DNA of 24,000 bases from an uncultured Eubacteriales bacterium. Its GTDB lineage: Bacteria > Bacillota > Clostridia > Christensenellales > UBA1242. Both the position numbers and the translations under genes were made by a program. Shown piece after piece: positions 16,499 to 23,932 of the stretch. The notes below the pieces were generated by a model that saw only the letters and a program-made list of their open reading frames with translations, did not search any database and was not told the origin of the DNA. Every line of letters starts with the position of its first letter. Position 1 is the stretch's first letter. Where the stretch lies: NCBI GenBank assembly GCA_900321185.1, contig ONVD01000017.1:1681-25680 (forward strand), read 5' to 3'.

Positions 16499-17425
16499 TT
16501 AAAAGGGTTTTGGTCTTGATTTTAAAATTTCCAAATATATATCATCTAGCGATTTTGATTCTGTTTTGATATCATAAATCCGTATATCACGTGCCTTTAA
16601 TGAATCTACAACTAAGGGTAAAATGTTTTTGTCGTATGGTATCAAGATTGAATTACCAGCAACTTCAACAGGAATAGAGTATCTTAAATGAATCGTTTTT
16701 GCAGAATAATTAGGGTAGTTGAGAGTAATACGATATCTAGTATTAGCATCAACTTCTTGTTTTAGTTTATTCATAGTCCTTGTTTCGATGATAGAACCAT
16801 TATCAAAAAAGGCAACTGTATCACAAAAGTCCTCCAAGAGAGAGAGGTTGTTACTAGTTATTAAAAATGCAGTCTTGTTTTTGATAGCTAATGAGCGTAA
16901 TATTTGTATATATTTGCCCACCATATCTTCATCAAGATTTTTGATAGGTTCATCCAAAACAACGAGTTTAGGTTGATTAATAAGTGCTTGCGCTAATGCA
17001 AGTTGTTGAATCATTGTTGGGGAAAATTTTGAAACAAGTTCGTTGGCATAATTTTGCAAACCAACAGTATTTAGTACATCTATTATACGTTGTTTGGGTA
17101 TATTAGAATACAGCTTAGCAGTATTTGTTAAATTTTGCATAGCAGTCATGTATTTGTACATGTTTACATTATCCAAACAGCAAGACATTGTTTCAATGGC
17201 TTGTTCAAAATTACTCTCTAGAGATATACCATTAATGACAACATCACCATCGGTAGGCTTAGCAAGCCCTGCAATAATACGTATTAACGTTGATTTACCT
17301 GATTTTTTGGGGCCAACAATACCAAATATTTCGCCAGAAAAAACGCTAAAATTTACGTTCCTTAGTAGATACTCAGTTCCGTATGTTTTTGACACATTTC
17401 TGACTTCCAAAACGTGTTCCAACAT
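16499..17425 (-). CDS. ABC transporter ATP-binding protein (ABC-2/DrrA-like, with C-terminal accessory domain)
   Basis: 308 aa with Walker A GPKKSGKST and Walker B LVVLDEP, and a GGGAGG RBS. The signature motif reads FSPTMIQ rather than LSGGxxQ, and the H-loop position reads ITSNN rather than SSH; see findings. Confidence 0.88.
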   Translation of the reverse strand: MLEHVLEVRNVSKTYGTEYLLRNVNFSVFSGEIFGIVGPKKSGKSTLIRIIAGLAKPTDGDVVINGISLESNFEQAIETMSCCLDNVNMYKYMTAMQNLTNTAKLYSNIPKQRIIDVLNTVGLQNYANELVSKFSPTMIQQLALAQALINQPKLVVLDEPIKNLDEDMVGKYIQILRSLAIKNKTAFLITSNNLSLLEDFCDTVAFFDNGSIIETRTMNKLKQEVDANTRYRITLNYPNYSAKTIHLRYSIPVEVAGNSILIPYDKNILPLVVDSLKARDIRIYDIKTESKSLDDIYLEILKSRPKPF

Positions 17426-17449
17426 ATTTACCTCCCAAACTTAAAAATT

Positions 17450-17478
17450 ATTTTATAATATTTTGTCTTTTAAGTCAA
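17450..17478 (-). promoter_or_regulatory. Putative sigma-A promoter of the ABC operon
   Basis: On the minus strand: TTGACT, 17-bp spacer, TAAAAT. It lies back-to-back with the promoter of the divergent gene. Confidence 0.4.
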
Positions 17479-17494
17479 GTAAATATTTTAGTGA

Positions 17495-17523
17495 TTGACA
17501 ACTATTAACAATACTGATATAAT
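17495..17523 (+). promoter_or_regulatory. Putative sigma-A promoter of the DedA/TVP38-like gene
   Basis: TTGACA (17495-17500), 17-bp spacer, TATAAT (17518-17523). Confidence 0.55.
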
Positions 17524-17531
17524 ATGTAACC

Positions 17532-18569
17532 ATGAAAGAAGAAAAAAAGAAAATTGTATTTAGCAAATCTGCGATAATATTATGTGTTGTCAGCATGTTG
17601 TTATGTGTTGCTGACCTTTTTTGCACATTATTTTTGTTAGGTATGAGTCGGCTATATACAGTTTTGTGGGTAGTTGGTTGTGTTATTTTTGCTATTACTA
17701 GTTTTGTATTTTGGATACTTGGTTTAAAAACATGGCAAAAACTTAGTTTTGTAGTAATAGCACTTGCTAGTTTGCTATTGTGGGTATATTTGATTTTGGT
17801 TTTGCTTGGACTGAAAAGCATATTTGCAACATCCGAATCATTACAAGAGGCAGTTAGGTCCACTGGGGCATGGGGGATAATAGTCTACATAGTGATACAA
17901 TTTTTGCAAGTGACATTCATCCCTCTACCAGCCATGGTGACCACATTGGCTGGCACGGCTTTGTTTGGACCGTTGTTAGCCAGTGTGCTTAGTTTTATTG
18001 GGATATTTTTGGGCAGTATATTCGCTTTTTGGTTGGGAGATAAATTTGGCGAAAAGATTTGTATCTGGATAGTAGGAAAGGAAACTACCGAAAAATACTC
18101 TAAGTTGCTTTACGAAAAAGGTAAATTTTTATTCTTCCTAATGATGTTGTTCCCATTCTTTCCAGATGATGCGCTATGTTTGATAGCGGGTATGACATCC
18201 ATGTCATTTAGGTTCTTTATTGTTACAATCTTACTCACACGTCCAATAGGCATTGTTTTGACATGTTACCTTGGTAGCGGTCAAATAATACCTTACCATG
18301 GTTGGGGCTTGGTGATATGGGGCATTTTGATAGCCATTATGATAGCATTGTTTGTGTGTGCATACAAATTTCAGCCCCAAATAGAAGAATGGCTTATCAA
18401 AATAGCGAAAAAGCTTTCTCATAAGAAAAATAAGATTAAACTAAAGACGGACCAGACACAAAGTGAATCTGCTGAGCAAAATGTGGATAGACCAGTCGAC
18501 AAAAGTCGAGCGTTGACAGTAACTGATAAAACAAAAGAATACCCGAAAGATAAAGTTGATAAAATATAG
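17532..18569 (+). CDS. DedA / TVP38-TMEM64 (SNARE-associated) family membrane protein with extra N-terminal TM helices
   Basis: 345 aa. The core FLQVTFIPLPAMVTTLAGTALFGP...GSIFAFWLGDKFG...FPFFPDDALCLIAGMT is typical of the family. It is preceded by about 100 aa carrying 3-4 TM helices and followed by a K-rich tail. Confidence 0.8.
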   Translation: MKEEKKKIVFSKSAIILCVVSMLLCVADLFCTLFLLGMSRLYTVLWVVGCVIFAITSFVFWILGLKTWQKLSFVVIALASLLLWVYLILVLLGLKSIFATSESLQEAVRSTGAWGIIVYIVIQFLQVTFIPLPAMVTTLAGTALFGPLLASVLSFIGIFLGSIFAFWLGDKFGEKICIWIVGKETTEKYSKLLYEKGKFLFFLMMLFPFFPDDALCLIAGMTSMSFRFFIVTILLTRPIGIVLTCYLGSGQIIPYHGWGLVIWGILIAIMIALFVCAYKFQPQIEEWLIKIAKKLSHKKNKIKLKTDQTQSESAEQNVDRPVDKSRALTVTDKTKEYPKDKVDKI

Positions 18570-18586
18570 GTGGTTAATAGATAAAA

Positions 18587-18622
18587 TAAAAAAAGATATA
18601 AACTAAACTTATATCTTTTTTA
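18587..18622. terminator. Bidirectional rho-independent terminator between convergent genes
   Basis: AAAAAAAGATATAA-ACTAAAC-TTATATCTTTTTTAT has a 9-bp core stem flanked by an A-run and a T-run. Confidence 0.65.
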
Positions 18623-18628
18623 TTTGTT

Positions 18629-20533
18629 TTATGCATGAAATGATTTTGTAGAATATGCTATTACGCCCACCAACCAAGAGATAAGCAAGTTCGATGCCAT
18701 AATACAAGGAATCAGCCAATCAATAAGATTTGGCATTCCCATAAAGATGTTTAGGCCAAATACAAACATTACAATGAATGCACACATAATAAATCTGTAC
18801 AAAAAGTCTATTCCAAAATTAATGCTTTCTATTTTTATCTTTTTAGACAGATTTGGGAGAGTGTAGAGTAGTGATACTACGTAATACAAAACTACAATCA
18901 CTGCAGATACGCTAAACAAAATTGTTGTAACTGTTTCAATCCCATCAAAAATGCCGTTATTTTTACCAATAATATATACCAAAACTAACTCTAATGCCAT
19001 AAGTAAGAACATAATCGAAGCACGAACCAAATTAAGTTTGTTAATATTTAAAAACATACCAGTTTTTGTTTTTGTTTTTGTTTTATTAACTTTTTTGTAA
19101 GGCTTTACGGTAATATTTTCTTGGTTGAGATATGTAAATCCCACATTTTTAGGCTCAATCTTGTGAATATCTTCACTAAACGTCTCATCTTCTACAATCT
19201 CATCTGGTTTGACAGTCGTTGTACCAGTACCATATTTACGATTAACCTCTTCCATACGGTCAGTTTCTTTGATACTGAGGTTGCGCGTAGCATCATCGGT
19301 TTTGGATGAAAGCAAAATCTCTTCCAATTCTTTTTCGTAAGCGCTTTTTGGTCGTGCTGCTGGAGTGGTTTTATCTATAGTAACATTTCGGGCCTCGGGC
19401 TTAGTCTCTACAACGTTAGTCTCATTTTGTTGAGCATTTTGTCGTGTAGGCTTATTTAGGTCAGCATCAAGGTCACCTAAGATATCTTTATAATTAATGT
19501 CGTCATTATTATTTGGGTTAGCATGAACATATTCAACGACCGTGTCTTGCTCTTTTGAATAACTATTTGCAAGTTTTTCAGCGTTGGATATGATGTCATT
19601 TTCGGATTTTGACTTTTCATCCTTTGTTGGAGTTTGGTCAACAGATGCTTGAGTAGGAGAGTCTGCCTTTAATTTGTACTCATCATAGTTGTTTTCAGGC
19701 TCTACATAGTCTCTCATTTTATCGCTAAAACTCTTACGCTTAGTTTCTTTTGCGTCGCTTGGGTTAAACTCCGTAAACTGTTCAGTTTGGTCTTGTTGAA
19801 TATTTGGTGTAAGTACTTTGTCTGTTTGTTGTGTTTCATCTACTTTATCATTAGGAGCAACATTTAAGTCTTTCTCAATTTGCTCGAAAATAGAAGGCTT
19901 TGCTAATTCCGCGGTTTCTTCAACTAATTTTGATGTATCTACAGTAGCGTCATTTTTATCGACTGATTGTTCGTCCACAATACTTTCTGGTGTCATCATA
20001 ACATTATCTGAAGACATATTTTGAGTCGTATTTTCGTTGATAGGTTGCGTATCTGGTTTTTTTTCATCAGCCTGTTCGAAGATATTTTCTGTAGGGATTT
20101 CATTTGGAATTGTTTCTTCCTTTATTCCTTCTACTGATTGTGTTTCTGTTGGAGTTTCAACTTTAGTATTAAGTTGTCCTGGCTCTTCTTTTGTCTCACT
20201 AGTTGTGATGGTCTGTGGAGCGATTTGGTCATTGGATTGATTAACGGTATTATCTTTTGTTAAAAACTCCTCAGGTCTGTGTAGCTGAAGTTCGGATTTA
20301 CCTAAGTTGGTGATAGAGTAATAGTGACGACGACCACCTAGCTCACTATCTTCCCAACGACTAGTAATTAATCCACGTTGCTCTAATCTACGTAAACCAC
20401 TATACAAGCTAGGTTGCTTGATGACTACTTGACCGTTTGTCTGTTTACTTATGTCCTCTATAATCTCCAAACCATATTTTTCGGATTTGGAAATTGATTG
20501 TAAAATTGTTAAATTAAGATTACCTAATTGCAT
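18629..20533 (-). CDS. PadR-family winged-helix regulator fused to a long low-complexity linker and a C-terminal multi-TM anchor
   Basis: 634 aa from the ATG at 20533, with a GGAGGG RBS 5 nt upstream; the ORF-track start at 20593 is probably too early. The N-terminus reads LTILQSISKSEKYGLEIIEDI...SLYSGLRRLEQRGLITSRWE..GGRRHYYSITNLG (PadR). About 400 aa of E/T/K/N/Q/D/P-rich sequence follows, then about 4 hydrophobic helices in the last ~150 aa. Confidence 0.8.
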   Translation of the reverse strand: MQLGNLNLTILQSISKSEKYGLEIIEDISKQTNGQVVIKQPSLYSGLRRLEQRGLITSRWEDSELGGRRHYYSITNLGKSELQLHRPEEFLTKDNTVNQSNDQIAPQTITTSETKEEPGQLNTKVETPTETQSVEGIKEETIPNEIPTENIFEQADEKKPDTQPINENTTQNMSSDNVMMTPESIVDEQSVDKNDATVDTSKLVEETAELAKPSIFEQIEKDLNVAPNDKVDETQQTDKVLTPNIQQDQTEQFTEFNPSDAKETKRKSFSDKMRDYVEPENNYDEYKLKADSPTQASVDQTPTKDEKSKSENDIISNAEKLANSYSKEQDTVVEYVHANPNNNDDINYKDILGDLDADLNKPTRQNAQQNETNVVETKPEARNVTIDKTTPAARPKSAYEKELEEILLSSKTDDATRNLSIKETDRMEEVNRKYGTGTTTVKPDEIVEDETFSEDIHKIEPKNVGFTYLNQENITVKPYKKVNKTKTKTKTGMFLNINKLNLVRASIMFLLMALELVLVYIIGKNNGIFDGIETVTTILFSVSAVIVVLYYVVSLLYTLPNLSKKIKIESINFGIDFLYRFIMCAFIVMFVFGLNIFMGMPNLIDWLIPCIMASNLLISWLVGVIAYSTKSFHA

Positions 20534-20565
20534 AATTGCCCTCCATGATATCTCACTTACTGTTA

Positions 20566-20593
20566 TTATATACTGGAATAAAATTTTTGTCAA
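20566..20593 (-). promoter_or_regulatory. Sigma-A promoter of the PadR-like gene
   Basis: On the minus strand: TTGACA, 16-bp spacer, TATAAT, both hexamers canonical, about 30 nt upstream of the RBS. Confidence 0.6.
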
Positions 20594-20642
20594 GAACTTT
20601 GTGGTATTATGCAGAAAGATGCCCTAATAATAACAAAAATTA

Positions 20643-20680
20643 GCATAGTACTTAAAAAATAAAAGTGCATAGTACTTAAA
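20643..20680 (+). promoter_or_regulatory. Two perfect 14-bp direct repeats (GCATAGTACTTAAA) in the divergent promoter region; candidate operator
   Basis: Copies lie at 20643-20656 and 20667-20680, 24 bp start to start, between the PadR-like promoter and the peptidase gene. Confidence 0.6.
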
Positions 20681-20743
20681 TAAGTTTACCATTTTTTATA
20701 TATATGCTATACTATAATGTATATATCAAAAGGAGAGTGTCAA

Positions 20744-21418
20744 ATGATTGTTATTGACGCAATAATACGAAGCAAGAGAAAAACAGTATCTTTAATCATC
20801 TCTCCGCAAGGTAAACTCATTGTTCATGCACCAGTTAATTGTCCATTAAACTATATAGAAAGCATTGTAAAAAAACGCAGTGACTGGATAACTAAAAATC
20901 AAAGTAAAATTAGCGCACGTAACGAAGCTAATCAAAATATCCTAAATTACAAAAATGTCTTGTATATGGGTAAAGTATATAGGCTGGCATTAGCTGATAA
21001 TATCACATCAATTACTCTTTATGGTAATGCTATTTACATACCCCTCAAAACGCCAAAAGACAAGATAAAACGCAACCTTGTAAAGTGGTACAAGGTACAA
21101 GCACTAGAGATTGCACAACAACGCGTAAGCCTCTATGCAAATATTATGCATCTAATGCCCAAAAATATATCAATCAATAACACAAAGACCAGTTGGGGGT
21201 TATGCAATAATAAAAAAGAGATAAAACTAAATTGGCGCATTATCATGTTACCTTTAGAACTAGTTGATTATGTCGCTGTACATGAGTTGGCACACCTAAT
21301 AGAATTTAATCATTCAAAAAGGTTTTGGCAAGTTGTTTTAAATGTTCTGCCTGATACAGCGAAACGCAAAAAGGAATTAAAAAAAGGGGATTTTTTACTC
21401 CAGTTGTTTCGTGACTAA
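20744..21418 (+). CDS. DUF45/YgjP-like (M48-type) zinc metallopeptidase
   Basis: 224 aa from the ATG at 20744, after an AAGGAGAG RBS. It has the HELAHL (HExxH) motif followed by NHSKRFW, and the typical N-terminal pattern (RSKRKTVSL.I.P.G.L.V.AP) of the YgjP family. Confidence 0.8.
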   Translation: MIVIDAIIRSKRKTVSLIISPQGKLIVHAPVNCPLNYIESIVKKRSDWITKNQSKISARNEANQNILNYKNVLYMGKVYRLALADNITSITLYGNAIYIPLKTPKDKIKRNLVKWYKVQALEIAQQRVSLYANIMHLMPKNISINNTKTSWGLCNNKKEIKLNWRIIMLPLELVDYVAVHELAHLIEFNHSKRFWQVVLNVLPDTAKRKKELKKGDFLLQLFRD

Positions 21419-21486
21419 TTAAACTATAATTTTTATTGTGGGGTAGAGAAGCGATAAATTTTTGGATAGGTAAGACTACCCTATTT

Positions 21487-21495
21487 TGGTATAAT
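21487..21495 (+). promoter_or_regulatory. Extended -10 element (TGgTATAAT) with no downstream ORF for about 630 nt
   Basis: It matches TGnTATAAT exactly. No good -35 element was seen, and the AT-rich context makes chance occurrence possible. Confidence 0.3.
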
Positions 21496-21764
21496 GCTTG
21501 TATAAGTAAACTAATTACAACCTTACTATTAATATCAAAATATTATTCTGACATTATTGGTACTAAAATGAGTTTTAAATGATTACAAAAACCGTCGTTT
21601 AAAATGCGCTCAGACAGAAAATCGAATTTTTGATGAGTACTTACTCATATAATTTTAGTAAATTACACTGATTTAGCAATGAACTATATATACTATGCAC
21701 AATTAATATGTGATTAGACAGAATAGAGTATTTTAGAGTAGGGAAAAAAACGAACATTTTTAAA

Positions 21765-21794
21765 CTATTCGTAAAACACGAGTTTTACGAATAG
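21765..21794. other. Perfect 13-bp inverted repeat (hairpin) in non-coding DNA
   Basis: CTATTCGTAAAAC-ACGA-GTTTTACGAATAG. On the minus strand it is followed by TTTAAAAATGTTCGTTTTTTT. Neither side has an immediate strong T-run. Confidence 0.6.
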
Positions 21795-21907
21795 TGAGTA
21801 CTATTTTCCGATAATATTGCCTTTAAATCACAAATTTTTCATTAAAAATCTTGTAATTTTGTAAAGTTTGATAATATACAAAACCTTATATAATTTTAGC
21901 CTAATAC

Positions 21908-21942
21908 TGCATAGTACTATGCATAGCACTATTTACTATGCA
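21908..21942. promoter_or_regulatory. Overlapping palindromes built from TGCATAGTA half-sites (candidate protein-binding or recombination site)
   Basis: TGCATAGTACTATGCA (21908-21923) is a perfect 16-bp palindrome. TGCATAGCA-CTATT-TACTATGCA (21920-42) has 9-bp arms with one mismatch. The half-site is the same as in the 20643-20680 repeats. Confidence 0.55.
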
Positions 21943-22127
21943 AATTTTTTATGATATAGACTCACAAAATTTGTATAATGCGCCTAGACAAAGTTGTGTA
22001 CAACATACCTCCAAAAGCCATTATAAAATCTACCAAAAATGTTAAAATGTTCTAAAATAACAACGTTAAGCGTTTTACAAAATATCTAAGATTTGATATA
22101 ATTTACTATAATATTTTGAGGTGAACT

Positions 22128-23177
22128 ATGTCAGAAAAGTATTATGACGCGCAAAAAGTATCCGTTACAGAGAGGCAACGTGAATTACGTGCTGAGTTGC
22201 CTTATTTTTGTAGTGAGTTTTTTGTAGGAACAGAGAACCAAACTACCCCACTTACACAGTTAAACTATGCTTATGACTTGAGGATTTTTTTTGATTTTTT
22301 AGTCAAACAAGTGCCAGAGTTCCAAGGTAAACATATCAAACAATTTGACTTTATGGACTTAAATAATGTTACAGCTACACACATTGAGCAATTTATGGAT
22401 TACCTTAATTCGTATGAATTTAATGGCAAGCACTACCAAAATAATGAAAAAGCCAAAGCGCGTAAATTATCTACCGTCCGCTCATTCTTTAAGTACTTTT
22501 ACCGTAAAGAAAAAATTAATGAAAATGTTACCGAAAAAGTACCAATGCCAAAAATGCACGAAAAGAATATTGTTCACCTAGAAACTGATGAAGTTGTAAA
22601 TTTGCTTGACTTGGCAGAAACAGGATACGCTCTCTCCCCTACTCAACAAGCATTCCACGAACATACCGAGGCGCGTGATTTTGCCATTTTGACACTGTTA
22701 CTTGGTACAGGTATTCGTGTTAGTGAATGTGTAGGATTGGATGTCGAGGATATTGATTTTAATATTAACGGTTTTAAGGTTGTGCGAAAAGGTGGCAACC
22801 AGGTAGTCTTGTATTTTAGTGATGAAGTGGCAAATGCTCTCAAAAAATACTTAAAAGCCCGTTCTGAGATAAAAGACTTGCCAGAAAGCGAACATGCGTT
22901 ATTCTTATCCTTGCAAAAACGTCGTATTTCAACACGTGCTGTGCAAAATTTAGTCAAAAAGTACAGTTCAATCGCTACCCCACTCAAAAAAATTAGTCCA
23001 CACAAACTTCGCAGTACATATGGCACAAATTTGTACAAAGAAACTCAGGATATCTATGTTGTAGCAGATGTATTAGGTCATAAAGATATCAATACGACAA
23101 AAAAGCATTATGCAGCCATGTCTGATGATATTCGTCGCGCCGCCGCTAATAAGGTAAAACTACGTGAAAATTCTTAA
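22128..23177 (+). CDS. Tyrosine recombinase, XerC/XerD (phage-integrase) family
   Basis: 349 aa with a GAGGTG RBS and an N-terminal SAM-like core-binding domain. The catalytic residues appear as GTGIRVSE (R), HKLRST (HxxR) and LGHKDINTTKKHY (H...Y). Confidence 0.88.
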   Translation: MSEKYYDAQKVSVTERQRELRAELPYFCSEFFVGTENQTTPLTQLNYAYDLRIFFDFLVKQVPEFQGKHIKQFDFMDLNNVTATHIEQFMDYLNSYEFNGKHYQNNEKAKARKLSTVRSFFKYFYRKEKINENVTEKVPMPKMHEKNIVHLETDEVVNLLDLAETGYALSPTQQAFHEHTEARDFAILTLLLGTGIRVSECVGLDVEDIDFNINGFKVVRKGGNQVVLYFSDEVANALKKYLKARSEIKDLPESEHALFLSLQKRRISTRAVQNLVKKYSSIATPLKKISPHKLRSTYGTNLYKETQDIYVVADVLGHKDINTTKKHYAAMSDDIRRAAANKVKLRENS

Positions 23178-23194
23178 AAATAGAACAAAAAATC

Positions 23195-23208
23195 AGAACA
23201 AATGTTTG
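23195..23208 (+). promoter_or_regulatory. LexA (SOS/Cheo) box overlapping the lexA promoter
   Basis: AGAACAAATGTTTG compares with the Gram-positive consensus CGAAC-N4-GTTCG. It overlaps the -35 of the promoter TTGACA (23206-23211), 17-bp spacer, TAAAAT (23229-23234). Confidence 0.6.
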
Positions 23209-23266
23209 ACAAATTAAATATTTTTTGTTAAAATAACAATAATCAAATACGTGTTAGGAGGCAAAT

Positions 23267-23899
23267 ATGGCAAAAGCAATTGAAGAAAAAACTGAGAGGC
23301 TGTATAACTATATCCGTGAATATCAAACAGACAAAGGTTTTCCGCCTTCTGTTAGGGAGATGTGCTCTGCTATGCATCTAAACTCCACTTCTACCATCAC
23401 CTATTATCTTAATCACCTCGAAAAACAAGGTTTGATTCGTCGTGGGGCTGGCAAAAATCGTGCCATAGAAATTGTTAATCGCACTATACCTAGTGACAAT
23501 ATTCAAAACCTAGAATTTATTCGTAGCTATATCCCAGTGCCTATACTTGGTAAAATTACTGCTGGGCAACCAATTTTGGCTGTAGAAAACTATGAGGAAG
23601 TGTTTTATATGCCTGCTGGTTTATTCCATGGTGATGACTTGTTTATGTTGACAGTCTCTGGTGAAAGTATGATAAATGCTGGTATTATGGACGGCGATAA
23701 AGTAGTTATTCACAAACAAGATACTGCTGAAAATGGCGAAATTGTGGCAGCATTGATTGATGATAGTGCTACAATCAAACGTTTTTACAAAGAAAAAGGA
23801 CACTATCGCCTACAACCCGAAAACCCAACCATGGAGCCTATCATTGTAGACCATGTTACCATTATTGGTAAAGTTGTTGGCTTGATTAGGAATATGTAA
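23267..23899 (+). CDS. lexA: LexA repressor (S24 self-cleaving peptidase)
   Basis: 210 aa with an AGGAGG RBS and an N-terminal wHTH (PPSVREMCSAM...STSTITYYLNHLEKQGLIRR). It has the Ala-Gly cleavage site (KITAGQP), catalytic Ser in SGESM and Lys in TIKRF. Confidence 0.93.
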   Translation: MAKAIEEKTERLYNYIREYQTDKGFPPSVREMCSAMHLNSTSTITYYLNHLEKQGLIRRGAGKNRAIEIVNRTIPSDNIQNLEFIRSYIPVPILGKITAGQPILAVENYEEVFYMPAGLFHGDDLFMLTVSGESMINAGIMDGDKVVIHKQDTAENGEIVAALIDDSATIKRFYKEKGHYRLQPENPTMEPIIVDHVTIIGKVVGLIRNM

Positions 23900-23903
23900 C
23901 AAT

Positions 23904-23932
23904 AAAAAGAGATATCTATTATCTCTTTTTTA
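23904..23932 (+). terminator. Rho-independent terminator after lexA
   Basis: AAAAAGAGATA-TCTAT-TATCTCTTTTTT. The segment ATTATCTCTTTTT is then repeated once directly (23919-23944). Confidence 0.75.

Noticed and set aside
21938-22045. 35-aa ORF (MQIFYDIDSQNLYNAPRQSCVQHTSKSHYKIYQKC) and several 8-14 aa ORFs in the 709-bp gap; also a GGAGG on the minus strand at about 22008-22012
   Set aside because: No ORF has a correctly spaced Shine-Dalgarno sequence; the minus-strand GGAGG lies 1 nt from its ATG. None has a recognisable peptide character.
20534-23899. Repressor-protease-integrase order reminiscent of an ICE or prophage immR-immA-int module, which would make this a mobile element
   Set aside because: I recognised no other mobile-element genes, no flanking direct repeats or att sites, and no clear break in base composition. 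lexA and the neighbouring genes look chromosomal. The resemblance is kept only as an analogy in the findings.
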